The notes beneath the pieces are model-generated. The model made no database searches. It was given only the letters and a program-made list of their open reading frames with translations, and was not told the DNA's origin. Position numbers and translations under genes: made by a program. DNA of 53,682 bases from a virus (lineage: Duplodnaviria; Caudoviricetes), in IMG/VR virus record IMGVR_UViG_3300037393_000027, positions 1 through 53,682 of that record; one strand, given 5' to 3'. Within the stretch, counting starts at the first letter, position 1. Every line of letters starts with the position of its first letter. This document shows positions 10,033 to 18,069 of the stretch, piece after piece.

Positions 10033-10706
10033 CCCTGCGGCCCACCCATGGTCTTGCTGGTGACCGGCTTCTCGCGCGAAGAAGGAAGCGGGTCCGAGAT
10101 GTTGGACGGACGCGGGGTCTCGGCAAGCCATTCCGTGAAGAGCTGGCGATTCGGTTCGCCGAGATCCGGACGAGCGACCGCTGGCCATCCGAGGCGAAGG
10201 GCGCCCTCGATGAGGTGCTCATCGCAATCCTGTCCGGTCAACGGAACGTCAGTGCCGGTGAAGTCCGGATTGGCGGGCAGCTTGTAGTAGAACAGGTCAA
10301 CCGGATACGCCTTGTCCGGGATGTGACTGAAGTAGAGGGTGTTCTTGAAGCGAACATAGGTTTCTGGCTTACCGATCTCGTTCGTGAACTCAACCAGGCG
10401 CGAGGCAGCGTCACCGATGCCGACCCCGCCCGCAAGGAACTTGCCGGTAGCGGGGTCCTTCAGCCGAACCGCGATCAGGATGTAGCAGTCTGCCGGCAGG
10501 GCGAGAGTGTTCACGGTAGTCGACAGAGTCAGCGAGCTGTCGATGACATCCAGCTCGAAGTGGTGGTAGCACGTCGAGAGGTAGTGATAACTGGCCGTGA
10601 GCCAGTACTGGACGCGGGTCGTGAACCCGGTGTAGTTGATCCCGCCCAGACGGCGAATGATTTCAGTCTGGTTTTCGAGCCAGTTCCTGCGGGCTAGGGC
10701 GGCCAT
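10029..10706 (-). CDS. head-tail adaptor protein (paralog 1)
   Basis: 225 aa; LALPAD, GKPETY..F...LYF..IPDKAY.V...YY and EHLIEGAL motifs. Confidence 0.65.
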   Translation of the reverse strand: MAALARRNWLENQTEIIRRLGGINYTGFTTRVQYWLTASYHYLSTCYHHFELDVIDSSLTLSTTVNTLALPADCYILIAVRLKDPATGKFLAGGVGIGDAASRLVEFTNEIGKPETYVRFKNTLYFSHIPDKAYPVDLFYYKLPANPDFTGTDVPLTGQDCDEHLIEGALRLGWPAVARPDLGEPNRQLFTEWLAETPRPSNISDPLPSSREKPVTSKTMGGPQG

Positions 10707-10709
10707 AGA

Positions 10710-11138
10710 TCACAGGATGAAGCGAGCATCGACCGTGGCGTCGGCGCCGGAGGTCTGGCGGGCTAGAACTTTCTTAATGACCTGAGCCGACCCACCGAAC
10801 GAACCGCCGGCTGCGTAGGACATGATGTCGTCCGTGGTCAGGATCTGCCGGAAGCCGGCGCGAACCTTGATGTCCAGGTTGGTTGCGACAGTCGTCCCCT
10901 GGATCTCGATGAGGAGGTCGGCCGACGACTCGACGATCATGAACTCGAAGGTGGCCGCAGGAGAGGTGGTAGCGTCCCACAGAGTCACGGTCGTAGCGGT
11001 CGGAAGCACTCCGCGCCACTCGTGGACTGTCCCCACAATCGCCAGCGACAGCGGCTCCGCCTTGCGCCCGATCTGAAGGGTCGGCTGCCCAGGGAGGTCC
11101 AGCGTGGCGTAGCAGTAGACGTTCGCCCGTCCGGCCAT
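10710..11138 (-). CDS. hypothetical structural protein
   Basis: 142 aa beta-rich ORF coupled in the operon. Confidence 0.55.
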   Translation of the reverse strand: MAGRANVYCYATLDLPGQPTLQIGRKAEPLSLAIVGTVHEWRGVLPTATTVTLWDATTSPAATFEFMIVESSADLLIEIQGTTVATNLDIKVRAGFRQILTTDDIMSYAAGGSFGGSAQVIKKVLARQTSGADATVDARFIL

Positions 11139-11431
11139 CAGGGGATGTCCTCGTCAATCCAGCCAAGGTCGTTGAAGTCCGCACCGATGGGCCACAGGCG
11201 TTGACCAGCCTCGGGAGCGTCAGGAATCTGCTCCATGCGAAGGTAGTCGTTACGGCTCGGGTAGAAGATCGTGGCCGCCTCGAACGGGTGCAGATCGCAC
11301 ATCCGCACGCCCTGAAGACCCTCCACTTCCGCGACACGCAGGCGCGTATGCTCGATGACGTTGCCACAGAGCATGCACACCTCCGGCTGTTCGCCGTTCG
11401 TGTCGCGACGAGAGGGTCGTTGGTAGGCCAT
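11138..11431 (-). CDS. small Zn-ribbon-like protein
   Basis: CxxC ... CxxH; such small genes commonly precede podophage adaptors. Confidence 0.5.
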   Translation of the reverse strand: MAYQRPSRRDTNGEQPEVCMLCGNVIEHTRLRVAEVEGLQGVRMCDLHPFEAATIFYPSRNDYLRMEQIPDAPEAGQRLWPIGADFNDLGWIDEDIP

Positions 11432-11432
11432 G

Positions 11433-11702
11433 TTACGGGACGTACTCCCCGTTCACTTCGTGCTCCTGTCGCCACAGCCAGGCTTGGTAAAACTCATCCC
11501 AGAGCCCGGCCGGGGTCAGAACCCCTTCTCCAGTCTCGTCGTCGGACTCGCTGTACCCAGGCTGGTTGATCGGGGATTCCGAAGCCACCAGAAGCGCTCT
11601 CTGCCGGGCAACCTCAGCGGCCTGGTCCGGGACGTCCTCGGCGAACTGATCCGTCCACCACCGAAGGCGCCAGGGAGTTGCGCTCTCGGTCAATGCACTC
11701 AC
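11433..11702 (-). CDS. hypothetical acidic protein
   Basis: 89 aa ORF coupled in the operon. Confidence 0.45.
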   Translation of the reverse strand: MSALTESATPWRLRWWTDQFAEDVPDQAAEVARQRALLVASESPINQPGYSESDDETGEGVLTPAGLWDEFYQAWLWRQEHEVNGEYVP

Positions 11703-11953
11703 GAGTTGATCACCACGTGACCAGCCGGAAGATCAGGTGTTGCATCGGAAGTCGAACTGACATGCGACGAATCGACGTTGTTGAACGAGACGCCGGCCAG
11801 GGCGTACTCGTTGAAGGTCACGGTGAGGAACGGGCTCTCGACCCCGCCGACTCGCAGGCCGAGGCGAATCCAGCCGTCGACCGTCGTTTCGGCCAGGAAG
11901 AGCCCGTCGTCGGTGGGGCTCTCGGCGATCTTTGCAAATGCGACTACTGCCAT
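11699..11953 (-). CDS. hypothetical protein
   Basis: 84 aa, AAGGAG RBS. Confidence 0.5.
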   Translation of the reverse strand: MAVVAFAKIAESPTDDGLFLAETTVDGWIRLGLRVGGVESPFLTVTFNEYALAGVSFNNVDSSHVSSTSDATPDLPAGHVVINS

Positions 11954-11962
11954 TGTGTCTCC

Positions 11963-12964
11963 TTAAGTTATGTCATGTACTATGAGGTGTGACCCGCGAC
12001 GAACCGTTAGGGTCCCGGTCGTGTGGACAACTAGTGCCGCGCGGATTGCGAAGGTCCCTGACGATGAAGGCTCGAACGAGCCGCTGAACTCTACCCACCC
12101 AGTGTCAGCGCTGCCGTCGAAGGAGCCCAGGGTGATGTCGCTGGCTAGGGCCGATACTCCTCCCTGCAAGGACTCGGAGCCGACATCATTGATGCGAAAT
12201 ACGGACCAGAAGTTGGTAGCGGTAGCTGTACCACCATCAAAGTCCAACTTAAGACCATCTGCTGGGGTCGAGTTACTAGCCTTGATGATGGCCCTGAACA
12301 CGTACTTCCGGCCGCTCGTCACCGGGACCGATAGCCCCGTAGCAGCCATCGTGGTCGTGGCATTCGTGAAGTCAGCCGCGAGGAACGACTGTCCACCCCA
12401 CTGGATATACGCATCCGCCGCCACACCGATCGACTTGCACGCCTTCATGACACCAGCCGCGCTGCGGGACCAGTAGACGTCTCCGTCTGCGGCATCGACC
12501 GTATTCGCCGAGAAGCCGATTCCGACTCCGTCATTGACCAGGAGTTTCGTGGCCGAAACCTCAGCCGTAGCGGCCCCGCTGATCGAAGCGGTTAGCCGTC
12601 CGGCGCTGCGTGGGTAGATACCGCTGCCAGGGTCCGAGGTGAAGGAAATACCAGGCAGGGCAGCGGTGCCTGTCGGGTTCAGCGCCTGCGAGGCATCGAC
12701 AGTTGCAGCGCCCTTGGTCGCGTTGGAAGTGGATTGCAGCGTTACGGTGCCAGATGCACTGGCGCTGCCCCGAAACGTGGCGGCCTGAAGCGTTCCCGAT
12801 GCCGGGATCGTGACTCCCGGATTGTCGAGAAGCTGCTCACCGTCCGTTCCGGAGAACGTGGCTACGGCCTTGTCGGTCGAGCTGCCTGGGCCGTTGACGT
12901 CTCCGGTACCGCCGCCGCCGGAACCAGCTCCAGCGCCTTCCGTAATTCCGCCCAAGACACCCAT
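11963..12964 (-). CDS. fibre/spike-like virion protein
   Basis: GGGTGDVNGPGSSTDKAVATFSG and GTAALPGISFTSDPGSGIY motifs common in phage fibres; C-terminal beta-sandwich. Confidence 0.6.
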   Translation of the reverse strand: MGVLGGITEGAGAGSGGGGTGDVNGPGSSTDKAVATFSGTDGEQLLDNPGVTIPASGTLQAATFRGSASASGTVTLQSTSNATKGAATVDASQALNPTGTAALPGISFTSDPGSGIYPRSAGRLTASISGAATAEVSATKLLVNDGVGIGFSANTVDAADGDVYWSRSAAGVMKACKSIGVAADAYIQWGGQSFLAADFTNATTTMAATGLSVPVTSGRKYVFRAIIKASNSTPADGLKLDFDGGTATATNFWSVFRINDVGSESLQGGVSALASDITLGSFDGSADTGWVEFSGSFEPSSSGTFAIRAALVVHTTGTLTVRRGSHLIVHDIT

Positions 12965-12975
12965 GTCGTTGCCCT

Positions 12976-13830
12976 CTACCAGTAAGCCAGGAGATTCGAA
13001 GAATTCGAGACAGTAACGGTAAGGGTTCCTTCGAGGTCGCCTGTCAAAATCTTGGTGACCGTGACGAAGCTGGAGTTCATGGCCGCTGCCGTGGTCCCTG
13101 TCAGGGCCTGCGAGTCGTAGATCGTCGCGCCGGCAGCGTTGGTTCCGATCAGGCCGATTTGCTTAGTGGTGGCGCCACTGGCCGCGATGATCGGCGGAAC
13201 ACCGTAGGCGGTGGTCAGGACGACCGTCTCGATCCCCTTCGAGGTGAGCCCAGTCGTGATGGTAGAGATGGTCGCGTTACCGCTGGCCTCGCGCACCGTA
13301 ACGGTCCCGGCGCAGGAGGCGCTGAGGGTATACCCGAGGATCACTCCCCAGTCCGTCTTCACGGTCGACACGACCGTCGTGCCGTTGAGGGCTACGGTCT
13401 CGGCGACTACAGTGTCCGACCCATTGGTCGTGCCATAGAGCGTAATGCTCTGGGTGGTGTCGGCCGCCGAGGCCGATACGATTTCCACGCCGTCGCTGGC
13501 GGGTTGATTGGTGAAGGCGAGACCGACCCCGGTGGTCAGGATGGTCTCGTAGGGGGTCGTTCCGGTGATTCCGGCAGAGCCGGTAATCATGACGCGCTTC
13601 CACGAGCTGCCACTGCGCAACACGCCGGCCGAGGGAAGGAAGTGGACCCGTGGAGTGTCCGTTTCGTTCGTCGTACCAGCGTAGGCGATCGTGATGCGAA
13701 CGCCCTCTTCGGAACGGTTCTGGATGGCGACTGCCCGGCCGCCAGTACCATTCCGAAGATTGTCGACCGTGTCGGACAGAGCGACCGGGTCCGCCCTGCT
13801 GTACTCAGGTCCACTGAAGACGATCGACAT
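12976..13830 (-). CDS. head spike-base-like protein carrying an inserted Thr-rich domain
   Basis: ADPVALSDTVD...RAV...KRVMITG...NLLAYW framework recalls the RcGTA rcc01079-type spike base; ~185 aa insert shared with the next gene. Confidence 0.5.
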   Translation of the reverse strand: MSIVFSGPEYSRADPVALSDTVDNLRNGTGGRAVAIQNRSEEGVRITIAYAGTTNETDTPRVHFLPSAGVLRSGSSWKRVMITGSAGITGTTPYETILTTGVGLAFTNQPASDGVEIVSASAADTTQSITLYGTTNGSDTVVAETVALNGTTVVSTVKTDWGVILGYTLSASCAGTVTVREASGNATISTITTGLTSKGIETVVLTTAYGVPPIIAASGATTKQIGLIGTNAAGATIYDSQALTGTTAAAMNSSFVTVTKILTGDLEGTLTVTVSNSSNLLAYW

Positions 13831-13839
13831 GCCGTCCTC

Positions 13840-14820
13840 CTAGAGACCTACGCCGATCACAATGATCCGATCTCCTTGCGCCGTGGCCGAGGTCGTGGCG
13901 ATGCCGCACTTGCGGGAGGCATCCTCACTGGCACCGACCTTGACGACAGCGGTCCGGGTGGCCTCTACGTCTCCCGTGAGGACCTTCGTGACACGCTTGA
14001 AGGCGGTCGCAAAGGTGACTGCGGTCGTTCCGTTCAGCGGGAACGAGTCGTAGATGGCCGTTCCGGCCGAGTTGGTTCCGACGATCCCGATCTGCTTCGT
14101 GCTGGAGCCAGAGGACACAGCGGTAGGCGCAACGTTGAAAGCCTGCTGATCAGCGGCAGTGACGGTCTCAACGCCCTTCGACAGGACGGTCGTGGCGCAC
14201 GTCGAGATGGTGGCATCACCACTGGCTTCGCGGACGGTAACGGTACCTGCGCACGAGGCGGAAAGCTCGTAGCCCAGAAGCACGCCCCAGTCCACCTTGG
14301 TGGTTGCAACCACGGTCGTACCATTCAGGGCAACCGTCTCGACCACGACCGTGTTGGTGCCGGTAGTCGTGCCGTAGAAGGTGACCGTCTGCGTGGTGTC
14401 GGCAGCGCTCGACGAAACCACCTCGATGCCGTCATTCGCGGGCTGGTTCGTGAAGGCCAGTCCGGCCCCGGTGGTCTTGATCGTGGTTCCCGAGACCGAG
14501 GCGTCGACCATTCCGACCGCGCGGCCCGAGTCTCCGCACTTGACGAGGGCAGGGGCGGTGATGGCGTCATCGGCGATTACGATCCCCCAGAAGAGGCGCA
14601 CCTGCATCTCCTGGCCTACCGTCTTGGCGTTGTCGCCGCTGATCCCGACGATACGCGCCGAGTTAGCGGTCCCTTGAGTAGGTGCCCCAGTGGAGTCGAC
14701 GGTCACGAAGCGCTGTGCAGCGATCGTCCCGCCGGCAAACCTCTTGGAGCTGAACTCCTGGTTCGGATGGAACGTCACCTGACGCTCCAGTACGGTGGCT
14801 CCCGTGGGACTGTAGGCCAT
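13840..14820 (-). CDS. capsid cement/decoration protein (DUF2190-like) with the same inserted domain
   Basis: FAGGTIAAQRFV...IVGIS...ADDAITA..LVKC..SGRAV...GIATTSATAQGDRI framework; adjacent to the major capsid gene. Confidence 0.55.
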   Translation of the reverse strand: MAYSPTGATVLERQVTFHPNQEFSSKRFAGGTIAAQRFVTVDSTGAPTQGTANSARIVGISGDNAKTVGQEMQVRLFWGIVIADDAITAPALVKCGDSGRAVGMVDASVSGTTIKTTGAGLAFTNQPANDGIEVVSSSAADTTQTVTFYGTTTGTNTVVVETVALNGTTVVATTKVDWGVLLGYELSASCAGTVTVREASGDATISTCATTVLSKGVETVTAADQQAFNVAPTAVSSGSSTKQIGIVGTNSAGTAIYDSFPLNGTTAVTFATAFKRVTKVLTGDVEATRTAVVKVGASEDASRKCGIATTSATAQGDRIIVIGVGL

Positions 14821-14822
14821 GG

Positions 14823-15752
14823 TTACGCCCCCACGGACCCGTAGATGCCACGGCCCCGGTAGACTTCGATTCTGAAGGAGCAGTAGCTGTTGAACATCTT
14901 GTTGCGAGTGCCGGGCTCCGTGTCCGTCACGAGGTCCGGGCTATCACCGGTCGCCAGGCGAATCTCGTAAGAGTCCTTGTCGGCCAGCACGAACCAGTTG
15001 GTCTGGGTGGTGATGTAGTCACCGATGAGGAGATCGAGCCCGTAGGTCGACAGCACGTTTTTCTGGCTGTTGGCGTTCTCGGGGTTCGTCTTGCTGTTGA
15101 GCAGGGTGTCCGCAAGCCACTGGTTCTCGACGGTCGTCACGAGCTTCTGGGGCTTGAGACTGGCCAGCTTGCCGCGCTCGTTGACCATGCGCCGGATGTC
15201 GGTGGTGGCGGTCTGCATGGCGGTCATCGAGAGACCGATGTCGGTGCTCGGACGGTTCTTGAAGACGCCGCCATCCATGCGGGTGTGCGCCACCGAGCAG
15301 AGAGCCTCGCCCATGTGGTCGGTGAAGACGCTGTCGGTGGTCGAGAACGCCATGTTGAAGACCTGGTAGGCCTCGATGTCGTACCTCGTGACGGCGGTCT
15401 TCGCCAACTGGGACGCGACATCCTTGAAGATGCCGTAGAGATCCCAGCGGATGACCTCGTACTGGATGACTAGCGACATCCCGTACGTCTTCATGGTGAA
15501 GGTCTTCGGCGTTCCGAAGAAGATCTTGTCCTTGCCGGGGGCGGCGCCAATCTGCTTCTCCCCCATGGTGCCCAGGCCGCTGTAGGCCCAGTCGGTCTTG
15601 AAGAACACCTTCGCCGGCTCCTCGCGCAGCCACTCCTTATACGACTGCGGGATGACCTTCAACGTGTCTTCATATACGGTGGAAAGCCCGAGCTGGAAAG
15701 CCCGAGCATTCTGGGCGAAGGTAATGTTGTTTTGCGTGGCGGCCATGGTCAC
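14823..15752 (-). CDS. major capsid protein (HK97 fold)
   Basis: 309 aa; SGLG, GEALCSVAH, PQKLV and WFVLAD..GIYGS motifs; downstream of scaffold. Confidence 0.85.
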   Translation of the reverse strand: MTMAATQNNITFAQNARAFQLGLSTVYEDTLKVIPQSYKEWLREEPAKVFFKTDWAYSGLGTMGEKQIGAAPGKDKIFFGTPKTFTMKTYGMSLVIQYEVIRWDLYGIFKDVASQLAKTAVTRYDIEAYQVFNMAFSTTDSVFTDHMGEALCSVAHTRMDGGVFKNRPSTDIGLSMTAMQTATTDIRRMVNERGKLASLKPQKLVTTVENQWLADTLLNSKTNPENANSQKNVLSTYGLDLLIGDYITTQTNWFVLADKDSYEIRLATGDSPDLVTDTEPGTRNKMFNSYCSFRIEVYRGRGIYGSVGA

Positions 15753-15755
15753 TCC

Positions 15756-16295
15756 TTAGGTGAAGATGCCCTTGCCAGGAGTGATCCGGGCACGGACCCT
15801 GGCGTTCGTGTCGCCAGCGGCAGGGAAGGTGGGCGCAGCGGTGTTCGGAACGACGTCGTCGCTGAAGAACTCGCAGACCGTCACGGCCGGGTCCGAGGTG
15901 GTCTTCTGGATATACCAGCCGGGCAGGCCGGTACCTTCCAGGTTCGCATTGGCTGCCAGGTCGAGGGCGGTTCCCAGGTCGGTAGCCAGGAGCACGTAGT
16001 TGGCCGCAGACGAGCCAAGCAGGTTTGCCTCGATCTCGACCTCGGGAGTCGCCAGGATGTACTTCAGGCGGTTGTTGATGACCCCCGTCGCTGCCTCGGA
16101 GGCCCAGGCAGCAATCTTGGCCGTGGTCGGGTTCACGAACACCACCAAGAGGCCGCTGGAGAAGCTCAGCGGGGCGCCGGCCGGGAACGTCTGCGACGTC
16201 CCCATGAGGCCGTTGTTGCGCTCGATCAGTGAAATGTACGAGTTCGACGGTACAGTCGGGTAGCTCGCACGCTTGGGCCAAGTCCTTACCGGCAT
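15756..16295 (-). CDS. capsid decoration/minor capsid protein
   Basis: 179 aa beta-rich, directly upstream of the capsid gene; AAGGAG RBS. Confidence 0.55.
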   Translation of the reverse strand: MPVRTWPKRASYPTVPSNSYISLIERNNGLMGTSQTFPAGAPLSFSSGLLVVFVNPTTAKIAAWASEAATGVINNRLKYILATPEVEIEANLLGSSAANYVLLATDLGTALDLAANANLEGTGLPGWYIQKTTSDPAVTVCEFFSDDVVPNTAAPTFPAAGDTNARVRARITPGKGIFT

Positions 16296-16326
16296 CGTTT
16301 CTCCTTTTCCTGACCGAGCGTTCCTT

Positions 16327-16830
16327 CTACGTAGGCTGCGCGAGCTGACCCATCTGTCGGATCTCGCTGTACTTCGGGTCGACGCGCCCGGTGTTCTGGG
16401 TGCTCTTCCGGACCAGATCGTCGATGACTCCGAGATCCGTCAGGAAGCCGGCCTCGCCGTACTGCTGCTCGTTGATCTCTCTGCCCTCGTTGAGCTGGTC
16501 CTCGAATGCGGCCATGCTCTGTTGGTAGAGATAGCAATCGCCCTTGCAGAAGTTGCCGTTTCGGATGTGGAAACCGTTCTCCCCCGTGAGGAGGTCTGTG
16601 AGGTCTGCCTCGCGCTCTCCGAGATCCTTCAGGCGGATCGGAAACCGTGAGTTCTGACTGTGCTTTGCGACAGCGATGGGGTCCCAGGAGGCCAGCGACA
16701 CGCGCTTGCCCGTGGCGGCGAAGAAGCGCTGAAGCTCCTCCGGAATATGGGCCAGGTCGCGCTTGATGGGCGCCTCAGTCACGGCGATCTTCTGTTCTGC
16801 GGCTGCGCGGTTCTTCGGTGGTCGGCCCAT
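16327..16830 (-). CDS. hypothetical head-module protein
   Basis: 167 aa between scaffold and decoration genes. Confidence 0.55.
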   Translation of the reverse strand: MGRPPKNRAAAEQKIAVTEAPIKRDLAHIPEELQRFFAATGKRVSLASWDPIAVAKHSQNSRFPIRLKDLGEREADLTDLLTGENGFHIRNGNFCKGDCYLYQQSMAAFEDQLNEGREINEQQYGEAGFLTDLGVIDDLVRKSTQNTGRVDPKYSEIRQMGQLAQPT

Positions 16831-16832
16831 GG

Positions 16833-17693
16833 CTACCTCGCCTGCGCGATTTCCCGAAGCTGCTCGGGGGTGAATTTGATCCCGAATGCATCGCCGATTC
16901 CGCTGACTCCGGCCGGAACGGAAGCTGGACGGGGCGCCGATGCGGCGGTGCGAGGCGACGTTCCGATCGAGGGAGGAACCGGGGGCCGAGGCGGCGGGGC
17001 TAGTGCACCGCTACGCATGCGGACCTCCGCAACGGCGTGAGCCACGATGCTCGGGTTGGTGCGCATCTGGTTGAAGGTGGCCATGTTGCCACCAGCCGAG
17101 TTCCAGAGCATCTCGTTGGCTGCGTTGAGGTGGACTGCGTACTGATCCTGCGGGATGCCGAAGCCAGCCTCGGCCATGACGGCGCCGTGACGAGCGGCCT
17201 CGATGGCTGCGGGCTCGATGGCGGCGGGGAGCTGCGAGTCGAGAGAGTTGACTCGGCCAACCAGGCCCTGGATGACCGGCTCGTACTGCTGCCGAACAGC
17301 GTTCGTTGCCTGCTGCGCAGCGAAGGCGCTAGCCTGCCAGATGGCATTGTTGATCAGCTTCGGATCGAGAGCCCATGCCTCGGCCTGTTCATCAGAAATC
17401 TGCGGCGGACGCCACGGACCGTCGTTCTGCGGCTGCGGCTGACGCTGCTGCGAGGTGTTGACCGCTACCTGCTCCAGGGCCTGACTGAGGCGCTGGCGCT
17501 CGGCATCGTTGCGGTGACCCCACGCCTGGGTCTCCCGAAGGCGCTGCGCGTAGTTCTCGTTGGCCGCACGCGCTTCGGCCAGTTCTGCCGCAAGGGTTTC
17601 GGGATCGAGTTCAGGTGCAAACTCGGCCTCACCTCCGGCGTCGGGTGGAAGCGCCTCTTCGAGCGCTCCGTCCTGTACAAGTGGTTCCATCAT
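16833..17693 (-). CDS. capsid scaffolding protein
   Basis: Acidic N-terminus, coiled coil, Pro-rich linker, C-terminal FTPEQLREIA helix; between portal and capsid genes. Confidence 0.7.
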   Translation of the reverse strand: MMEPLVQDGALEEALPPDAGGEAEFAPELDPETLAAELAEARAANENYAQRLRETQAWGHRNDAERQRLSQALEQVAVNTSQQRQPQPQNDGPWRPPQISDEQAEAWALDPKLINNAIWQASAFAAQQATNAVRQQYEPVIQGLVGRVNSLDSQLPAAIEPAAIEAARHGAVMAEAGFGIPQDQYAVHLNAANEMLWNSAGGNMATFNQMRTNPSIVAHAVAEVRMRSGALAPPPRPPVPPSIGTSPRTAASAPRPASVPAGVSGIGDAFGIKFTPEQLREIAQAR

Positions 17694-17727
17694 CGTCTCC
17701 TTGGCCGCCCGAAATCGGGGAAGGCCC

Positions 17728-18069
17728 TCAGCTCGGCCTCACGGGAAGGAGTCCACTACGAGGCTCCGCCGCTGGTGCCGTACCTAACTCCGTCGCCTGC
17801 CGCTCGGCCAGGGTGACCAATGCGGCGCGGACGAAGTTCAAACCATGAAGCTCTGCCTTGTAGGCAATCATCTGGGCCGGATCTGTGACCGATAGGTCAC
17901 GTACCAGCCGCTCAAGGTCGTTGATGCGCGCGACCACAGGGCTCTGGTCGTCGCCGTACAGGTTGATGAAGTCGATGTTCGAGAGCAGGCGCGCTGCCTC
18001 ACAAAGGGCGCGACGAGGCTCCGCCACCTTGGCCGAGTGCCGGTCAGTCAGGTTACGAAGGAGGGACAC
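17728..18069 (-). CDS. small helical portal-adjacent protein
   Basis: 113 aa overlapping the portal end. Confidence 0.5.
   Translation of the reverse strand: MSLLRNLTDRHSAKVAEPRRALCEAARLLSNIDFINLYGDDQSPVVARINDLERLVRDLSVTDPAQMIAYKAELHGLNFVRAALVTLAERQATELGTAPAAEPRSGLLPVRPS

Noticed and set aside
13159-14844. 561 aa plus-strand ORF
   Set aside because: Antisense shadow of two well-supported structural genes; Arg/Gly-rich composition typical of GC-rich reverse frames
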